A stretch of DNA of 47,298 nucleotides from an uncultured Clostridium sp. (GTDB lineage: Bacteria > Bacillota > Clostridia > Lachnospirales > Lachnospiraceae), in assembly GCA_900551135.1 (NCBI GenBank), contig URUX01000001.1:1-47298 (forward strand). The letters are read 5' to 3'. The notes below the pieces were generated by a model. The model searched no databases. It was given only the letters and a program-made list of their open reading frames with translations, and was not told the origin of the DNA. Both the position numbers and the translations under genes were made by a program. Positions 9,151-18,759 of the stretch are shown piece by piece. Position 1 is the first letter of the stretch. Every line of letters begins with the position of its first letter.

Positions 9151-9888
9151 ATGATACGTATTTTATTAGTAGCCATTATCTTATTTTCTTTTTTAGTCTT
9201 AAGTATTCCCATTCTGATTTATGAACATTTTCTGGGAAAGAAAAATCCGGATAAAAGAAACCGCCAGAGCCTTAAGATTGTCCAGTTTATGTTCCGCTTT
9301 ATTTTAAAAATAAGCGGAGTTTCTTATACAGTAGAAGGGCTGGAAAACATCCCGAAGGATACGGCTGTTCTGTATGTAGGAAACCACAGAAGCTATTTTG
9401 ATATTCTGCTGGGCTACGTTACAGTCCCTGGACTGATGGGATTTGTAGCCAAAAAAGAGATGCTGAGATACCCGTCTTTAAGAGACTGGATGCGAAATGT
9501 AAACTGTCTGTTTTTAGACAGGGAAAATATTAAAGAGGGGTTAAAGACTATCCTGAAAGGAATTGAACAGGTAAAAAGCGGAATTTCCGTCTGGATTTTC
9601 CCGGAAGGAACCCGCAACCGCAATGAGGATCGCAAGGATCTGCTGCCATTTAAAGAGGGAAGCCTGAAAATCGCAGAAAAAAGCGGCTGCCCGGTAATTC
9701 CGGTAGCTATGACAGGAACAGCAGATATTTTTGAAAAGCATATGCCGTTTATCCGGTCATCGAAGGTTACGGTTCGATATGGAAAGCCGATTTATCTAAA
9801 GCAGCTTCCGCCGGAACAGAAAAAATTTTCAGGAGCCTATACCCGTGATGTAATAATCGGGATGTTGAAAGAGATGGAGCAGGAATAG
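9151..9888 (+). CDS. plsC: 1-acyl-sn-glycerol-3-phosphate acyltransferase
   Basis: The NHRSYFD (HX4D) and FPEGTR motifs are present. The start is taken at ATG 9151, 8 nt after GGAGG; the track ORF starts at 9094. Confidence 0.85.
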   Translation: MIRILLVAIILFSFLVLSIPILIYEHFLGKKNPDKRNRQSLKIVQFMFRFILKISGVSYTVEGLENIPKDTAVLYVGNHRSYFDILLGYVTVPGLMGFVAKKEMLRYPSLRDWMRNVNCLFLDRENIKEGLKTILKGIEQVKSGISVWIFPEGTRNRNEDRKDLLPFKEGSLKIAEKSGCPVIPVAMTGTADIFEKHMPFIRSSKVTVRYGKPIYLKQLPPEQKKFSGAYTRDVIIGMLKEMEQE

Positions 9889-9890
9889 AC

Positions 9891-11027
9891 ATGCAGAGTT
9901 TGGATTTACAGGAGATTAGGGGAAAGTTAGATCAGATTGACAAAACCATTACAGAACTGTTTGAAGAGAGAATGAAACTGTGTGCAGATGTGGCAGCCTT
10001 TAAGATTGAAACGGGAAAAGCCGTTTATGATGGAGCCAGGGAACAGGAAAAGCTAAAGAAAGTCCGGGAACTGGCCCATGGTGAGTTTAACGGACAGGCT
10101 GTTGCGGAACTGTTTTCCCAGATTATGACCATTAGCCGCAGATACCAGTACCAGCTTCTGGCAGAACACGGCAAGGTTCCGCCTTCTGGATTTGAACCAG
10201 TTGAACAATTGAACAAAGACCATGTCCGGGTAGTATATCAGGGAGTAGAAGGAGCCTACAGCCATGAGGCTGCGACGCGGTATTTTGGAGAAGACGTCCA
10301 GGCTTACCATGTCCCTTCCTGGGAAGAAGCCATGGAGGAAGTGAGTCAGAAACAGGCAGATTATGCAGTCCTTCCCATTGAAAATTCTTCTGCAGGAGCA
10401 GTAAGCGGTATTTATGATCTGCTGGTGAAATATAATAATTACATAGTGGGAGAAGTATTTCTGGATGTTAATCATGCGTTGTTAGGACTCCCGGGAGCCG
10501 CATTAGAAGAAATCAAAACCGTTTATTCCCATCCCCAGGCATTGATGCAGAGTTCCGAGTATTTAAATGCCAATAAAAACTGGCGTCAGGTCAGCGTGGA
10601 AAATACGGCCATGGCGGCCAAAAAGGTTTTAGAAGACGGAGACAAAAGCCAGGCGGCAGTTGCCAGTGAAAATGCAGGAAGAATTTATGGTCTTACTCCG
10701 TTAAAGACCAGCATTAACCATAATAAATGCAATACCACAAGATTTATTGTGGTGACGAACCGTCCGATTTACCAGACTGGAGCCAGAAAGGTCAGCATTT
10801 GTTTTGAACTGCCTCATAAAAGCGGTACCCTTTACAATATGCTGGGTAATTTTATTTTCAACCATGTAAATATGGTAATGATTGAATCCAGGCCTATATT
10901 GGGGAGAAATTGGGAATATCGGTTTTTTGTGGATATCGAAGGCAGCTTAAGCGACAGTCCGGTTCAAAACGCATTGCTGGGGATCGCCCAGGAAGCGGTG
11001 GGAATGCGTATTTTAGGAAATTACTGA
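9891..11027 (+). CDS. pheA: Bifunctional chorismate mutase / prephenate dehydratase (P-protein)
   Basis: An N-terminal CM type 2 helix (IDKTITELFEERMKLCADVAAFK) is followed by a PDT domain (TRF, ESRP motifs) and a C-terminal ACT-like region. Confidence 0.9.
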   Translation: MQSLDLQEIRGKLDQIDKTITELFEERMKLCADVAAFKIETGKAVYDGAREQEKLKKVRELAHGEFNGQAVAELFSQIMTISRRYQYQLLAEHGKVPPSGFEPVEQLNKDHVRVVYQGVEGAYSHEAATRYFGEDVQAYHVPSWEEAMEEVSQKQADYAVLPIENSSAGAVSGIYDLLVKYNNYIVGEVFLDVNHALLGLPGAALEEIKTVYSHPQALMQSSEYLNANKNWRQVSVENTAMAAKKVLEDGDKSQAAVASENAGRIYGLTPLKTSINHNKCNTTRFIVVTNRPIYQTGARKVSICFELPHKSGTLYNMLGNFIFNHVNMVMIESRPILGRNWEYRFFVDIEGSLSDSPVQNALLGIAQEAVGMRILGNY

Positions 11028-11046
11028 TATAGATAGAGGGAAGAAT

Positions 11047-12327
11047 ATGGATACTTCAAAATTTGTACTGTATAGAAATTTGGAACATCAGGAATTATTT
11101 GACTCCATGGCAATGCTGCTGGATGAAGAAGAGCCGGCTGCAATGGACGGCTTCGCCTGTGCCAGCTGTTTACTGGAACTGGCTGCTAAATATGGTTTTG
11201 AAGGAAATCTGTGGCACTGTTTTCTGGCATATTGTCTGGCAACCCACGAAAATGCTTACAGTACAGCCTGTGAGATAGTAGGCCCGGTTCATGGTACAAT
11301 TAATGAATTGGCAGCCCATGATTTCTCCATGATGAAGGAATTATTTGATAAGGATACAACGCTTCTGTCCGGCGGAATTTGGGGGTATTTATCTGACTTC
11401 CATGCAGCGGAGAGGACGGGAAAGGTCTTTAACCGGCGGATTCGTGACAGGATTATAACACTGGCAAAGGAACTGGAAGCAGCCGCTGACACCAAAGAGT
11501 TTCAGAGGCTGGTTACAGAATTTTACAAAGAGTTTGGCGTGGGACGGTTTGGCCTGAACAAAGCATTCCGCATTGAAGAACGCGGTACAGAAGCCGGACA
11601 GGGAAACACATGGATTGAGCCCATTACCAGCATCGATCATGTATATTTAGATGATCTGGTAGGTTATGAGATTCAGAAAGAAAAGCTGATTGCCAATACA
11701 GAAGCGTTTATTGAAGGAAAAGAGGCTAATAATGTGCTTCTGTACGGAGATGCAGGCACTGGCAAATCGTCCAGCGTCAAAGCTATTTTAAATCAGTATT
11801 ACGGCAGGGGACTGCGTATTATAGAGGTCTATAAGCATCAGTTCCGCTGTTTGTCCAGCGTACTGGAAGAGATTAAAGATAGAAATTACAAATTCATTAT
11901 TTATATGGATGATTTATCCTTTGAGGATTTTGAAATCGAGTACAAATATTTGAAAGCGATTATTGAAGGCGGACTGGGCAAAAAGCCGTCCAACGTGCTG
12001 ATTTACGCTACCTCCAACCGCCGCCATTTAATTCGGGAGAAGTTCAGCGACAAGAAGGAGATTCTGGATGATCTTCACGGAAATGATACGGTTCAGGAAA
12101 AACTGTCTCTGGTTTCCCGGTTTGGGGTGACGATTTATTTTGGAGCCCCGGACAAGCTGGAATTCCAGAATATTGTAAAGGTTCTGGCAGAGCGTTACGA
12201 TTTACATATTCCGGAAGAAGAACTTTATGCAGAAGCAAACAAATGGGAACTGTACCACGGCGGTTTTTCCGGACGGACAGCCACCCAGTTTATTACTCAT
12301 CTGTTAGGAAAACAGTCAAAAGAGTAA
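11047..12327 (+). CDS. DUF815-family AAA ATPase
   Basis: 426 aa with Walker A GDAGTGKSS and Walker B IIYMDDLSFE, plus the ATSNRRHL motif typical of PF05673. Confidence 0.75.
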   Translation: MDTSKFVLYRNLEHQELFDSMAMLLDEEEPAAMDGFACASCLLELAAKYGFEGNLWHCFLAYCLATHENAYSTACEIVGPVHGTINELAAHDFSMMKELFDKDTTLLSGGIWGYLSDFHAAERTGKVFNRRIRDRIITLAKELEAAADTKEFQRLVTEFYKEFGVGRFGLNKAFRIEERGTEAGQGNTWIEPITSIDHVYLDDLVGYEIQKEKLIANTEAFIEGKEANNVLLYGDAGTGKSSSVKAILNQYYGRGLRIIEVYKHQFRCLSSVLEEIKDRNYKFIIYMDDLSFEDFEIEYKYLKAIIEGGLGKKPSNVLIYATSNRRHLIREKFSDKKEILDDLHGNDTVQEKLSLVSRFGVTIYFGAPDKLEFQNIVKVLAERYDLHIPEEELYAEANKWELYHGGFSGRTATQFITHLLGKQSKE

Positions 12328-12339
12328 GGAGGAGGATCT

Positions 12340-13908
12340 ATGGCAGCGATACAGACATTTGCAGCAATTGATATAGGCTCCTTTGAGATGGAACTGAGTA
12401 TTTACGAAATATCCCCTAAAAACGGTGTCTGCGCCATTGACAGAGTCCGGCACAGAATTGCCCTGGGACGGGACGTTTACAAGGATGGAAAAATCAGTTA
12501 CGAATCCATTGATGAGATGTGCCGGGTTCTGGAAGACTTTTCCCGGATTATGAAGGGCTACAGGGTTCAGGCATACCGGGCCTATGCCACCAGCGCCCTT
12601 CGCGAGGCAGAGAACAATCAGATTATACTGGATCATATAAAAGTCCGGACTGATTTGGATGTGAAAATCATCAGTAATTCAGAGCAGCGCTTTATCAGTT
12701 ACAAGGCGATCGCTGTAAAAGATGTGGAATTTAATAAGATCATTCAAAAAGGAACGGTAATTGTGGATATTGGATTTGGCAGTATCCAGCTGACTCTTTT
12801 TGACAAAGATACTCTGGTTACGACGCAGAATCTTCCTTTGGGCGGACTCCGGGTGCGGGAACTGTTGTCAGGGGTTCAGGCGAATATGGAATTAACGATG
12901 GAGTTAATCGGAGAGATTGTAGAAAATGAACTGTTTACCTTCCGCAAGATCCATTTAAAAGACAGAGAGATTAAAAATATTATCGGAATTGGACGCAATA
13001 CGGGATATCTGTTTCGGGATCCGGCAAGAGGCACTATGCCGGATCGCATTACAACAGAACAGGCCCGGACTTATTATCAGGAACTGGTTCACATTGGAAT
13101 GGATGCAGCCGCAGACAAATTTGGTGTAAACGAGGATTTTGCCAAGTTTTTACTGCCAAGTGCAGCGATTTATAAAAGCCTCTATGATATGACGGGAGCG
13201 GAGATGATCTGGCTTCCCGGAAGCAGTATGTGCGACGGAATTGCAGCAGATTATGCAGAAAAGAGCCGTCTGGTAAAGTTCAACCACGATTTTGAACGGG
13301 ACATTGTTATAGAAGCCCGCAATCTGGCAAAGAGGTACAAGTGCCACAGCAGCCATAATCAGGCACTGGAGGATTACGCTCTGGGAATTTTTGACGTTAC
13401 CAGACGGTATCACGGAATGGGAAAAAAAGAGCGCCTGCTGCTGCAGATTTCTGTTCTGCTGCACGCCTGCGGAAAATTTATCAGTATGAAAAATGCCAAT
13501 GAATGTGCATACAATATTATTATGTCTACAGAAATCATTGGTCTGAGCCATTTGGAACGGGAGATTGTAGCCAATGTGGTCCGTTACAATATCCGTGATT
13601 TTGAGTATGACAAAGTACATCTGGAACTGGGAGCATTTCAAAGCGGCCTGACAGATGTGGATGTAAAGAAAGTTACGGTTCTGATTGGAAAACTGACTGG
13701 TATTTTAAGACTGGCCAATTCCATGGACAGAAGCCATAAGCAGAAGCTGACTGGATGCAGGATGATTCTGAAAGATCGGAAACTAATCATTACTACAGAC
13801 TATGAAGGAGACATAACCTTAGAGCGAGTGTCTTTTGAACAGAAGGCAGATTTTTTTGAGGAAATCTATGGAATTCGCCCGATTTTGAGGCAGAAAAGGA
13901 AAGGATAA
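12340..13908 (+). CDS. ppx: Ppx/GppA-family exopolyphosphatase
   Basis: 522 aa. An ASKHA-fold N-terminus (AAIDIGSFEMELSIYE) is followed by an HD-like C-terminal half. It sits immediately upstream of ppk1. Confidence 0.85.
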   Translation: MAAIQTFAAIDIGSFEMELSIYEISPKNGVCAIDRVRHRIALGRDVYKDGKISYESIDEMCRVLEDFSRIMKGYRVQAYRAYATSALREAENNQIILDHIKVRTDLDVKIISNSEQRFISYKAIAVKDVEFNKIIQKGTVIVDIGFGSIQLTLFDKDTLVTTQNLPLGGLRVRELLSGVQANMELTMELIGEIVENELFTFRKIHLKDREIKNIIGIGRNTGYLFRDPARGTMPDRITTEQARTYYQELVHIGMDAAADKFGVNEDFAKFLLPSAAIYKSLYDMTGAEMIWLPGSSMCDGIAADYAEKSRLVKFNHDFERDIVIEARNLAKRYKCHSSHNQALEDYALGIFDVTRRYHGMGKKERLLLQISVLLHACGKFISMKNANECAYNIIMSTEIIGLSHLEREIVANVVRYNIRDFEYDKVHLELGAFQSGLTDVDVKKVTVLIGKLTGILRLANSMDRSHKQKLTGCRMILKDRKLIITTDYEGDITLERVSFEQKADFFEEIYGIRPILRQKRKG

Positions 13909-13910
13909 GT

Positions 13911-16070
13911 ATGGAAGCGCAGGAAAAAAAGGATTTTTTAAATCCCCAAAACTATGTCAACCGAGAACTGAGCTGGATAGAATTTAATTATCGGGTGCTC
14001 AGCGAAGCCAGGGATAAAAGTCTTCCCCTGTTTGAACGCCTGAAATTTTTAAGCATTACTTCTTCCAACTTAGACGAGTTTTTTATGGTCCGGGTTGCGT
14101 CTTTAAAGGATCTGGTTCATGCCAATTACAGCAAACCGGACATTGCGGGAATGACTCCTGGAGAGCAGTTGGAAAAAATCAGCAGGAAAGCCCACGAACT
14201 GGTTAATGTCCAGTATTCTACCTATAACCGTTCCATTCTTCCGGCGCTGCACCAGAACGGCCTCAATGTATTAGACGGTTATGAGGATCTGACACCCGGA
14301 CAGGAAGCGTATGCGGATCAGTATTTTAAGGAAAATGTATATCCGGTACTGACGCCTATGGCAGTAGACTCTTCCCGTCCATTTCCGCTGGTACACAACA
14401 AATCGTTAAACATTGCGGCTCTCTTAAAAAAGAAAAAGGGCGGAAAAGAACTGGAATTTGCCATGGTTCAGGTGCCCTCTGTTCTTCCGAGAATCGTGGA
14501 ACTGCCGGTGACGGTGGCAGAGGATGGAAAAGAAATCCACAATGTTATTCTTCTGGAAGAGATTATTGAAAAAAACATGCAGTCTCTGTTTTTAAATTAT
14601 GATATTATTACGGCTCATCCATTCCGGATTATGCGAAACGCAGATCTGACCATTGATGAAGAAGAGGCCGTGGATTTGCTGGAAGAAATCCAGAAACAGT
14701 TAAAACGCCGTCAGTGGGGAGAGGTAATCCGTCTGGAGATCGAAGAGAAGATGGATAAACGGCTGTTAAAGATTCTGAAAAAAGAACTGGCAGTCAGCAG
14801 CGAAGATATTTTTGAGATAAACGGGCCTCTGGATCTGACATTTCTGATGAAGATGTACGGAATGTCAGGCTTTGAACGGCTGAAAAATCCGTCGTATCAG
14901 CCCCAGCCAGTGCCGGAACTGATGAATGAAGAGGATATTTTCACGAATATCCGGAAAGGGGATATTCTTCTGCACCATCCTTACGAAACCTTCGATCCGG
15001 TGGTGAATTTTGTCCGGGCTGCGGCAAAAGATCCCAGTGTACTGGCCATTAAACAGACCCTGTACCGGGTCAGCGGCCATTCTCCCATTATTGCGGCTCT
15101 GGCAGAAGCAGCAGATAACGGCAAGCAGGTATCTGTACTGGTAGAACTAAAGGCAAGATTTGATGAGGAAAACAATATTATCTGGGCGAAAAAACTGGAA
15201 AAGGCAGGATGCCACGTTATATACGGTCTGGTGGGCTTAAAGACCCACAGCAAGATTACCCTGGTAGTTCGCAGGGAAGAAGACGGAATCCGCCGGTACG
15301 TCCATCTTGGAACGGGCAATTATAATGATTCTACGGCGAAACTGTATACAGACTGCGGTATCTTTACCTGCAATCCTCTGTATGGCGAAGATGCTACGGC
15401 TGTATTTAACATGCTGTCCGGATACTCCGAACCTCTTAGCTGGAATCGTCTGGCAGTAGCGCCTCTGTGGCTGAGGGACACGATGCTGCGTCGTATCCGG
15501 AGGGAACAGGAGAATGCGGAAAATGGCAAGAAAGCCCACATTATTGCCAAAATGAACTCGCTGTGTGATAAGGAAATTATTGCGGCGCTGTATGAGGCCA
15601 GCTGTGCAGGCGTTAAGATAGAACTGATTATCCGGGGAATCTGCTGTTTAAAAGCTGGAGTGACAGGACTTAGTGAAAATATTTCTGTTCGTTCTATTGT
15701 GGGAAATTTCCTGGAGCACAGCCGGATTTTCTATTTTGAGAACAACGGATCTCCCAAACTCTATATGGGAAGTGCAGACTGGATGCCTCGAAATTTAGAT
15801 AAACGTGTGGAAATTGTATTCCCTGTAGAGGCAGAACCGGTACGGGAAAAAGTGATGCATATTCTGGAAGTTCAGCTTGCCGATAATGTAAAAGCCCATA
15901 TCCTTCAGCCGGACGGCAGTTATGAAAAGCCGGACCGCAGAGGCAAAGGAAAGGTTAACTCCCAGGAACAGTTCTGTGAAGAAGCCATTCGCAGCGCAGA
16001 TTTAGAGAGAAAGAAAATCGATCCGGCAGAAAGAAGAACCTTTATCCCAATTGAAAGCCAGGAAGAATAA
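13911..16070 (+). CDS. ppk1: Polyphosphate kinase 1
   Basis: 719 aa. It has NRELSWIEFNYRVL, the autophosphorylated-His region LKTHSKITLV, and tandem PLD-like C-terminal domains. Confidence 0.95.
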   Translation: MEAQEKKDFLNPQNYVNRELSWIEFNYRVLSEARDKSLPLFERLKFLSITSSNLDEFFMVRVASLKDLVHANYSKPDIAGMTPGEQLEKISRKAHELVNVQYSTYNRSILPALHQNGLNVLDGYEDLTPGQEAYADQYFKENVYPVLTPMAVDSSRPFPLVHNKSLNIAALLKKKKGGKELEFAMVQVPSVLPRIVELPVTVAEDGKEIHNVILLEEIIEKNMQSLFLNYDIITAHPFRIMRNADLTIDEEEAVDLLEEIQKQLKRRQWGEVIRLEIEEKMDKRLLKILKKELAVSSEDIFEINGPLDLTFLMKMYGMSGFERLKNPSYQPQPVPELMNEEDIFTNIRKGDILLHHPYETFDPVVNFVRAAAKDPSVLAIKQTLYRVSGHSPIIAALAEAADNGKQVSVLVELKARFDEENNIIWAKKLEKAGCHVIYGLVGLKTHSKITLVVRREEDGIRRYVHLGTGNYNDSTAKLYTDCGIFTCNPLYGEDATAVFNMLSGYSEPLSWNRLAVAPLWLRDTMLRRIRREQENAENGKKAHIIAKMNSLCDKEIIAALYEASCAGVKIELIIRGICCLKAGVTGLSENISVRSIVGNFLEHSRIFYFENNGSPKLYMGSADWMPRNLDKRVEIVFPVEAEPVREKVMHILEVQLADNVKAHILQPDGSYEKPDRRGKGKVNSQEQFCEEAIRSADLERKKIDPAERRTFIPIESQEE

Positions 16071-16073
16071 TAT

Positions 16074-16151
16074 GTAACAGTTCAGCCGTGCGGAGATTCT
16101 GACAGAAAAAACGCTGTAAGCGGGCAGGAAGATGCATGGCTGAACTGTTAT
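16074..16151 (+). repeat. Palindromic intergenic repeat family, copy B (short internal-deletion form)
   Basis: GTAACAGTTCAGCCGTGCGGAGATTCTGACAGAAAAAACGCTGTAAGCGGGCAGGAAGATGCATGGCTGAACTGTTAT. The terminal 13-bp inverted repeat is TAACAGTTCAGCC. The element starts 4 nt after the ppk1 stop. Confidence 0.75.
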
Positions 16152-16153
16152 AC

Positions 16154-16203
16154 AAAAACCGACCGCTCTGTACCTGTATCATCAGGCAGAACGATCGGTT
16201 TTT
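16154..16203. terminator. Bidirectional terminator between ppk1 and the convergent PLC-like gene
   Basis: A long imperfect hairpin (ACCGACCGCTCTGTACCTG ... CAGGCAGAACGATCGGT) is flanked by A5 upstream and T5 downstream. Confidence 0.6.
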
Positions 16204-16214
16204 GCAATCTCTGA

Positions 16215-17195
16215 TTAGTCTCCTACGGGAAGTCCGCTGTGATAGGAATAATCCCCTAATTCATCCAGTAAAAATTCATAAGAAGACGGGTTGGTCAGCC
16301 GTCCGCCATTCAGCAGTTCATCAATGAGAGAGTAAATGACGCCGCATTTGGTAAGGGCTCTGTGAAACAGATCCGGAAAAGAGGCGGTAGAAGCCATCTG
16401 CTGGTTCCATGGATTGCACCAGACTTCGTGGTTGGAGTTTAAGCTTTTTTTGGGAGAAGCAACCTTGTCCGTTACAATTTTAGTAGAGGCAAGGGGATGC
16501 TTTAAAAACAGGGACTCCACAAATTCAATGCCAGCCTGCTTTTTACCGGATTTATCTGCCAGAGTACGGCAGCCGAAACGCATGGCCAGAATGGAGCGCT
16601 GAACCAGCCTTGGGGTTACGCGGAAATTATTTTTGTAGGTAATGGGGTAGTAGGTTTCGTTAATACACTGAGCCAAAAACCGGGAAATAAACTGGGTCTC
16701 AAAACCGTTTAGACAAATAGTAGCGGCCTGATTAAACTGAGAGGGCAGTTTATGCTTGTACTTATACAGCAAAAGGGCATCGATGTCATTTTCCAGAAGT
16801 GCATGAAGCCCGTGATGGTGGGAAGTAGGATTGGCGACATCATAGCCGATACGTCCATAAACAAAGGGATGGCAGGTATAGTCACCGATATAGTGCCCCA
16901 GATAACCGCAGAAATAAGCCAAAGCCCGTTCCCGCTGCTGTTTGGATTCGATTTTTGCAATGTTGTTCAGGCAGCAGCGGAAAAACTGACTGACATGGTG
17001 TTCATGCATATAGGAGCCGACATTCCGGTAATCTCTATGGCGCAGAATAGGCAGATTATAGAAAAACATATCTGGCCCCTGAAGTCCCAGCTGGTAGAGC
17101 CAGCGGTATTTGGCAATAATAAATTTTAACGGGCCAGAAGGCATATTGTTGTAAGCCTTCATGCCCAGAATATAATGTGTAGTAAAACCAGGCAT
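16215..17195 (-). CDS. Zinc-dependent phospholipase C family protein
   Basis: It has the N-terminal MPGFTTHYILG and His-rich motifs (HEHH, GHYIGDYTCHPF, HHHGLHALLE). The start is taken at ATG 17195, 8 nt after AAAGGAG; the track start at 17201 is a TTG. Confidence 0.65.
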   Translation of the reverse strand: MPGFTTHYILGMKAYNNMPSGPLKFIIAKYRWLYQLGLQGPDMFFYNLPILRHRDYRNVGSYMHEHHVSQFFRCCLNNIAKIESKQQRERALAYFCGYLGHYIGDYTCHPFVYGRIGYDVANPTSHHHGLHALLENDIDALLLYKYKHKLPSQFNQAATICLNGFETQFISRFLAQCINETYYPITYKNNFRVTPRLVQRSILAMRFGCRTLADKSGKKQAGIEFVESLFLKHPLASTKIVTDKVASPKKSLNSNHEVWCNPWNQQMASTASFPDLFHRALTKCGVIYSLIDELLNGGRLTNPSSYEFLLDELGDYSYHSGLPVGD

Positions 17196-17224
17196 AATCA
17201 AGACTCCTTTCTTTTTCTAATATT

Positions 17225-17252
17225 CTATCACAAAAATGAGGAATTGTGATAG
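17225..17252. promoter_or_regulatory. 9-bp inverted repeat (CTATCACAA-N10-TTGTGATAG) in the divergent promoter region
   Basis: A perfect palindrome lies between the PLC-like gene and the alanine symporter gene. It is an operator candidate. Confidence 0.3.
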
Positions 17253-17313
17253 TGGTTTTGGGCATAAATTCTTCTGGAAAAGAATAGAAAATAGAAAAAG
17301 ACAGGGGGCAGAT

Positions 17314-18732
17314 ATGACAGATTTGATTCATCTGGTACATAAAGCAGTCTGGGGGCCGTGGCTGCTGGTGATTTTTCTTGGAACCGGATTCTATTTGACC
17401 ATTCGTTCAGGCGGATTTCAGATACGGGGAATTGGTACCTGGATGGGACAGACTGCCGGAAGTCTGGTAAAATCGTTAAAAACCGGTTCCAGAGGAACGT
17501 CTCAGTTTCAGACTGCCTGTACCGCTCTGGCAGCCACAGTAGGAACCGGAAATATTACCGGTGTGGCTACTGCGCTGGCGGCAGGAGGCCCTGGGGCGGT
17601 TTTCTGGATGTGGGTGTCAGCATTTATCGGGATGATGACGGCCTATGGAGAAACCTGGCTGGGAATTACTTATCGTCGCCGGGAGGATAAAAAGACAGGA
17701 AATGGAAGGCCGGAAGAGGGGAAATGGCTCTGCGGGCCTATGGTAACGTTAAAATACGGGGTAAAATGTCCGGCGGCAGCAGGGATATATGCATTTCTTT
17801 GTGTTTTGGTTTCTCTTGGAATGGGAAGTATGGTACAGGCCAATTCTCTGGCGGAAACAGCAGAGTTTACCTGGAAGATGCCAAGGATTTGGTGTGCGGT
17901 AATCTTAACTGCGGCAGCAGGAGCAGTAATTGGGGGAGGAATCAGGCGGATTGGTCTGGCAGCGGAAAAACTGATTCCCTGGTCAGCGGGGATCTATCTG
18001 GGAGCCTCGGTTCTGGTACTGGTATTTTGCTGGAAACAGATTCCCAAAGCGTTTTTGGAGATTGTTTCAGATGCATTTTCACCGTCATCAGCCGGTTCCA
18101 GTATGGCTGGAGGTATGGCTGGCTGGGGGATGAAAACCGCAGTCCAGTATGGGATTGCCAGAGGGGTCTTTTCCAATGAAGCTGGGCTGGGCAGTCTGGC
18201 AATTCTTCATGGGACGGCAGAAAATACAACACCGGAGGAACAGGGGATGTGGGCTATGTTTGAAGTGTTTTTTGATACGATAGTCGTATGTACCGTAACG
18301 GCTCTGGTGATTCTCTGCGCAGCGGCCCAAAAAGGTTTTCCTATTCAGGATGGAGCGTCTCTGGCAGTTCGCAGTTTTTCTGAATTTCTGGGAGATGGGG
18401 GAGAATATGCGGTGGCGCTGTCCATGATGTTGTTTGCATTTGCAACCATTATTGCATGGTACTATATGGGAAAGCAGGCGGCAGATTACCTTTTTGGGGA
18501 GGGCGGCAGCGGTATGGCAGGAAGCGTTTATGGAATCCTGTATTTAGGCGCCGTTTTTTTTGGATGTGTGGCCAGAATCGATGCGGTTTGGGAATTGTCC
18601 GATATATGGAATGGCCTTATGGCGCTGCCAAATATCGGCGCCATCCTGATTCTGGCACCCCGTATCCGCTATCCTTACAGTCTGGATAATGGGCGGCTCC
18701 ATCAGAGAAAGAAAATAAAAATTGCCCCTTGA
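17314..18732 (+). CDS. Alanine/glycine:cation symporter (AGCS family)
   Basis: The TALAATVGTGNITGVATALAAGGPGAVFWMW signature is present. The start is taken at ATG 17314 after a GGGGG SD; the track ORF starts at 17236. Confidence 0.85.
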   Translation: MTDLIHLVHKAVWGPWLLVIFLGTGFYLTIRSGGFQIRGIGTWMGQTAGSLVKSLKTGSRGTSQFQTACTALAATVGTGNITGVATALAAGGPGAVFWMWVSAFIGMMTAYGETWLGITYRRREDKKTGNGRPEEGKWLCGPMVTLKYGVKCPAAAGIYAFLCVLVSLGMGSMVQANSLAETAEFTWKMPRIWCAVILTAAAGAVIGGGIRRIGLAAEKLIPWSAGIYLGASVLVLVFCWKQIPKAFLEIVSDAFSPSSAGSSMAGGMAGWGMKTAVQYGIARGVFSNEAGLGSLAILHGTAENTTPEEQGMWAMFEVFFDTIVVCTVTALVILCAAAQKGFPIQDGASLAVRSFSEFLGDGGEYAVALSMMLFAFATIIAWYYMGKQAADYLFGEGGSGMAGSVYGILYLGAVFFGCVARIDAVWELSDIWNGLMALPNIGAILILAPRIRYPYSLDNGRLHQRKKIKIAP

Positions 18733-18757
18733 CAGCTTTGAGGAAGACCCGTATACT
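18729..18757 (+). promoter_or_regulatory. Near-consensus sigma-A promoter
   Basis: TTGACA-17 nt-TATACT, overlapping the stop of the symporter gene. Confidence 0.6.
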
Positions 18758-18759
18758 TA

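Noticed and set aside
8919-9224. The 101-aa (+) and 94-aa (-) ORFs spanning the PF06541/plsC intergenic region.
   Set aside because: They run through repeat copy D and into the plsC start. They have no SD and their composition is repeat-driven.
13150-13641. 163-aa minus-strand ORF inside ppx. Similar long antisense ORFs occur at 29855-30376 (in the RND gene), 45361-45846 and 46192-46620 (in rpoC), 34718-35299 (in murI), 5980-6456 (in ansA), 10053-10475 (in pheA), 24997-25419 (in the GntR gene), 31245-31754 (across the TolC junction) and 41348-41689 (in rpoB).
   Set aside because: All lie fully inside confidently identified genes on the opposite strand. They lack SD sequences and have odd, low-complexity compositions typical of shadow ORFs.
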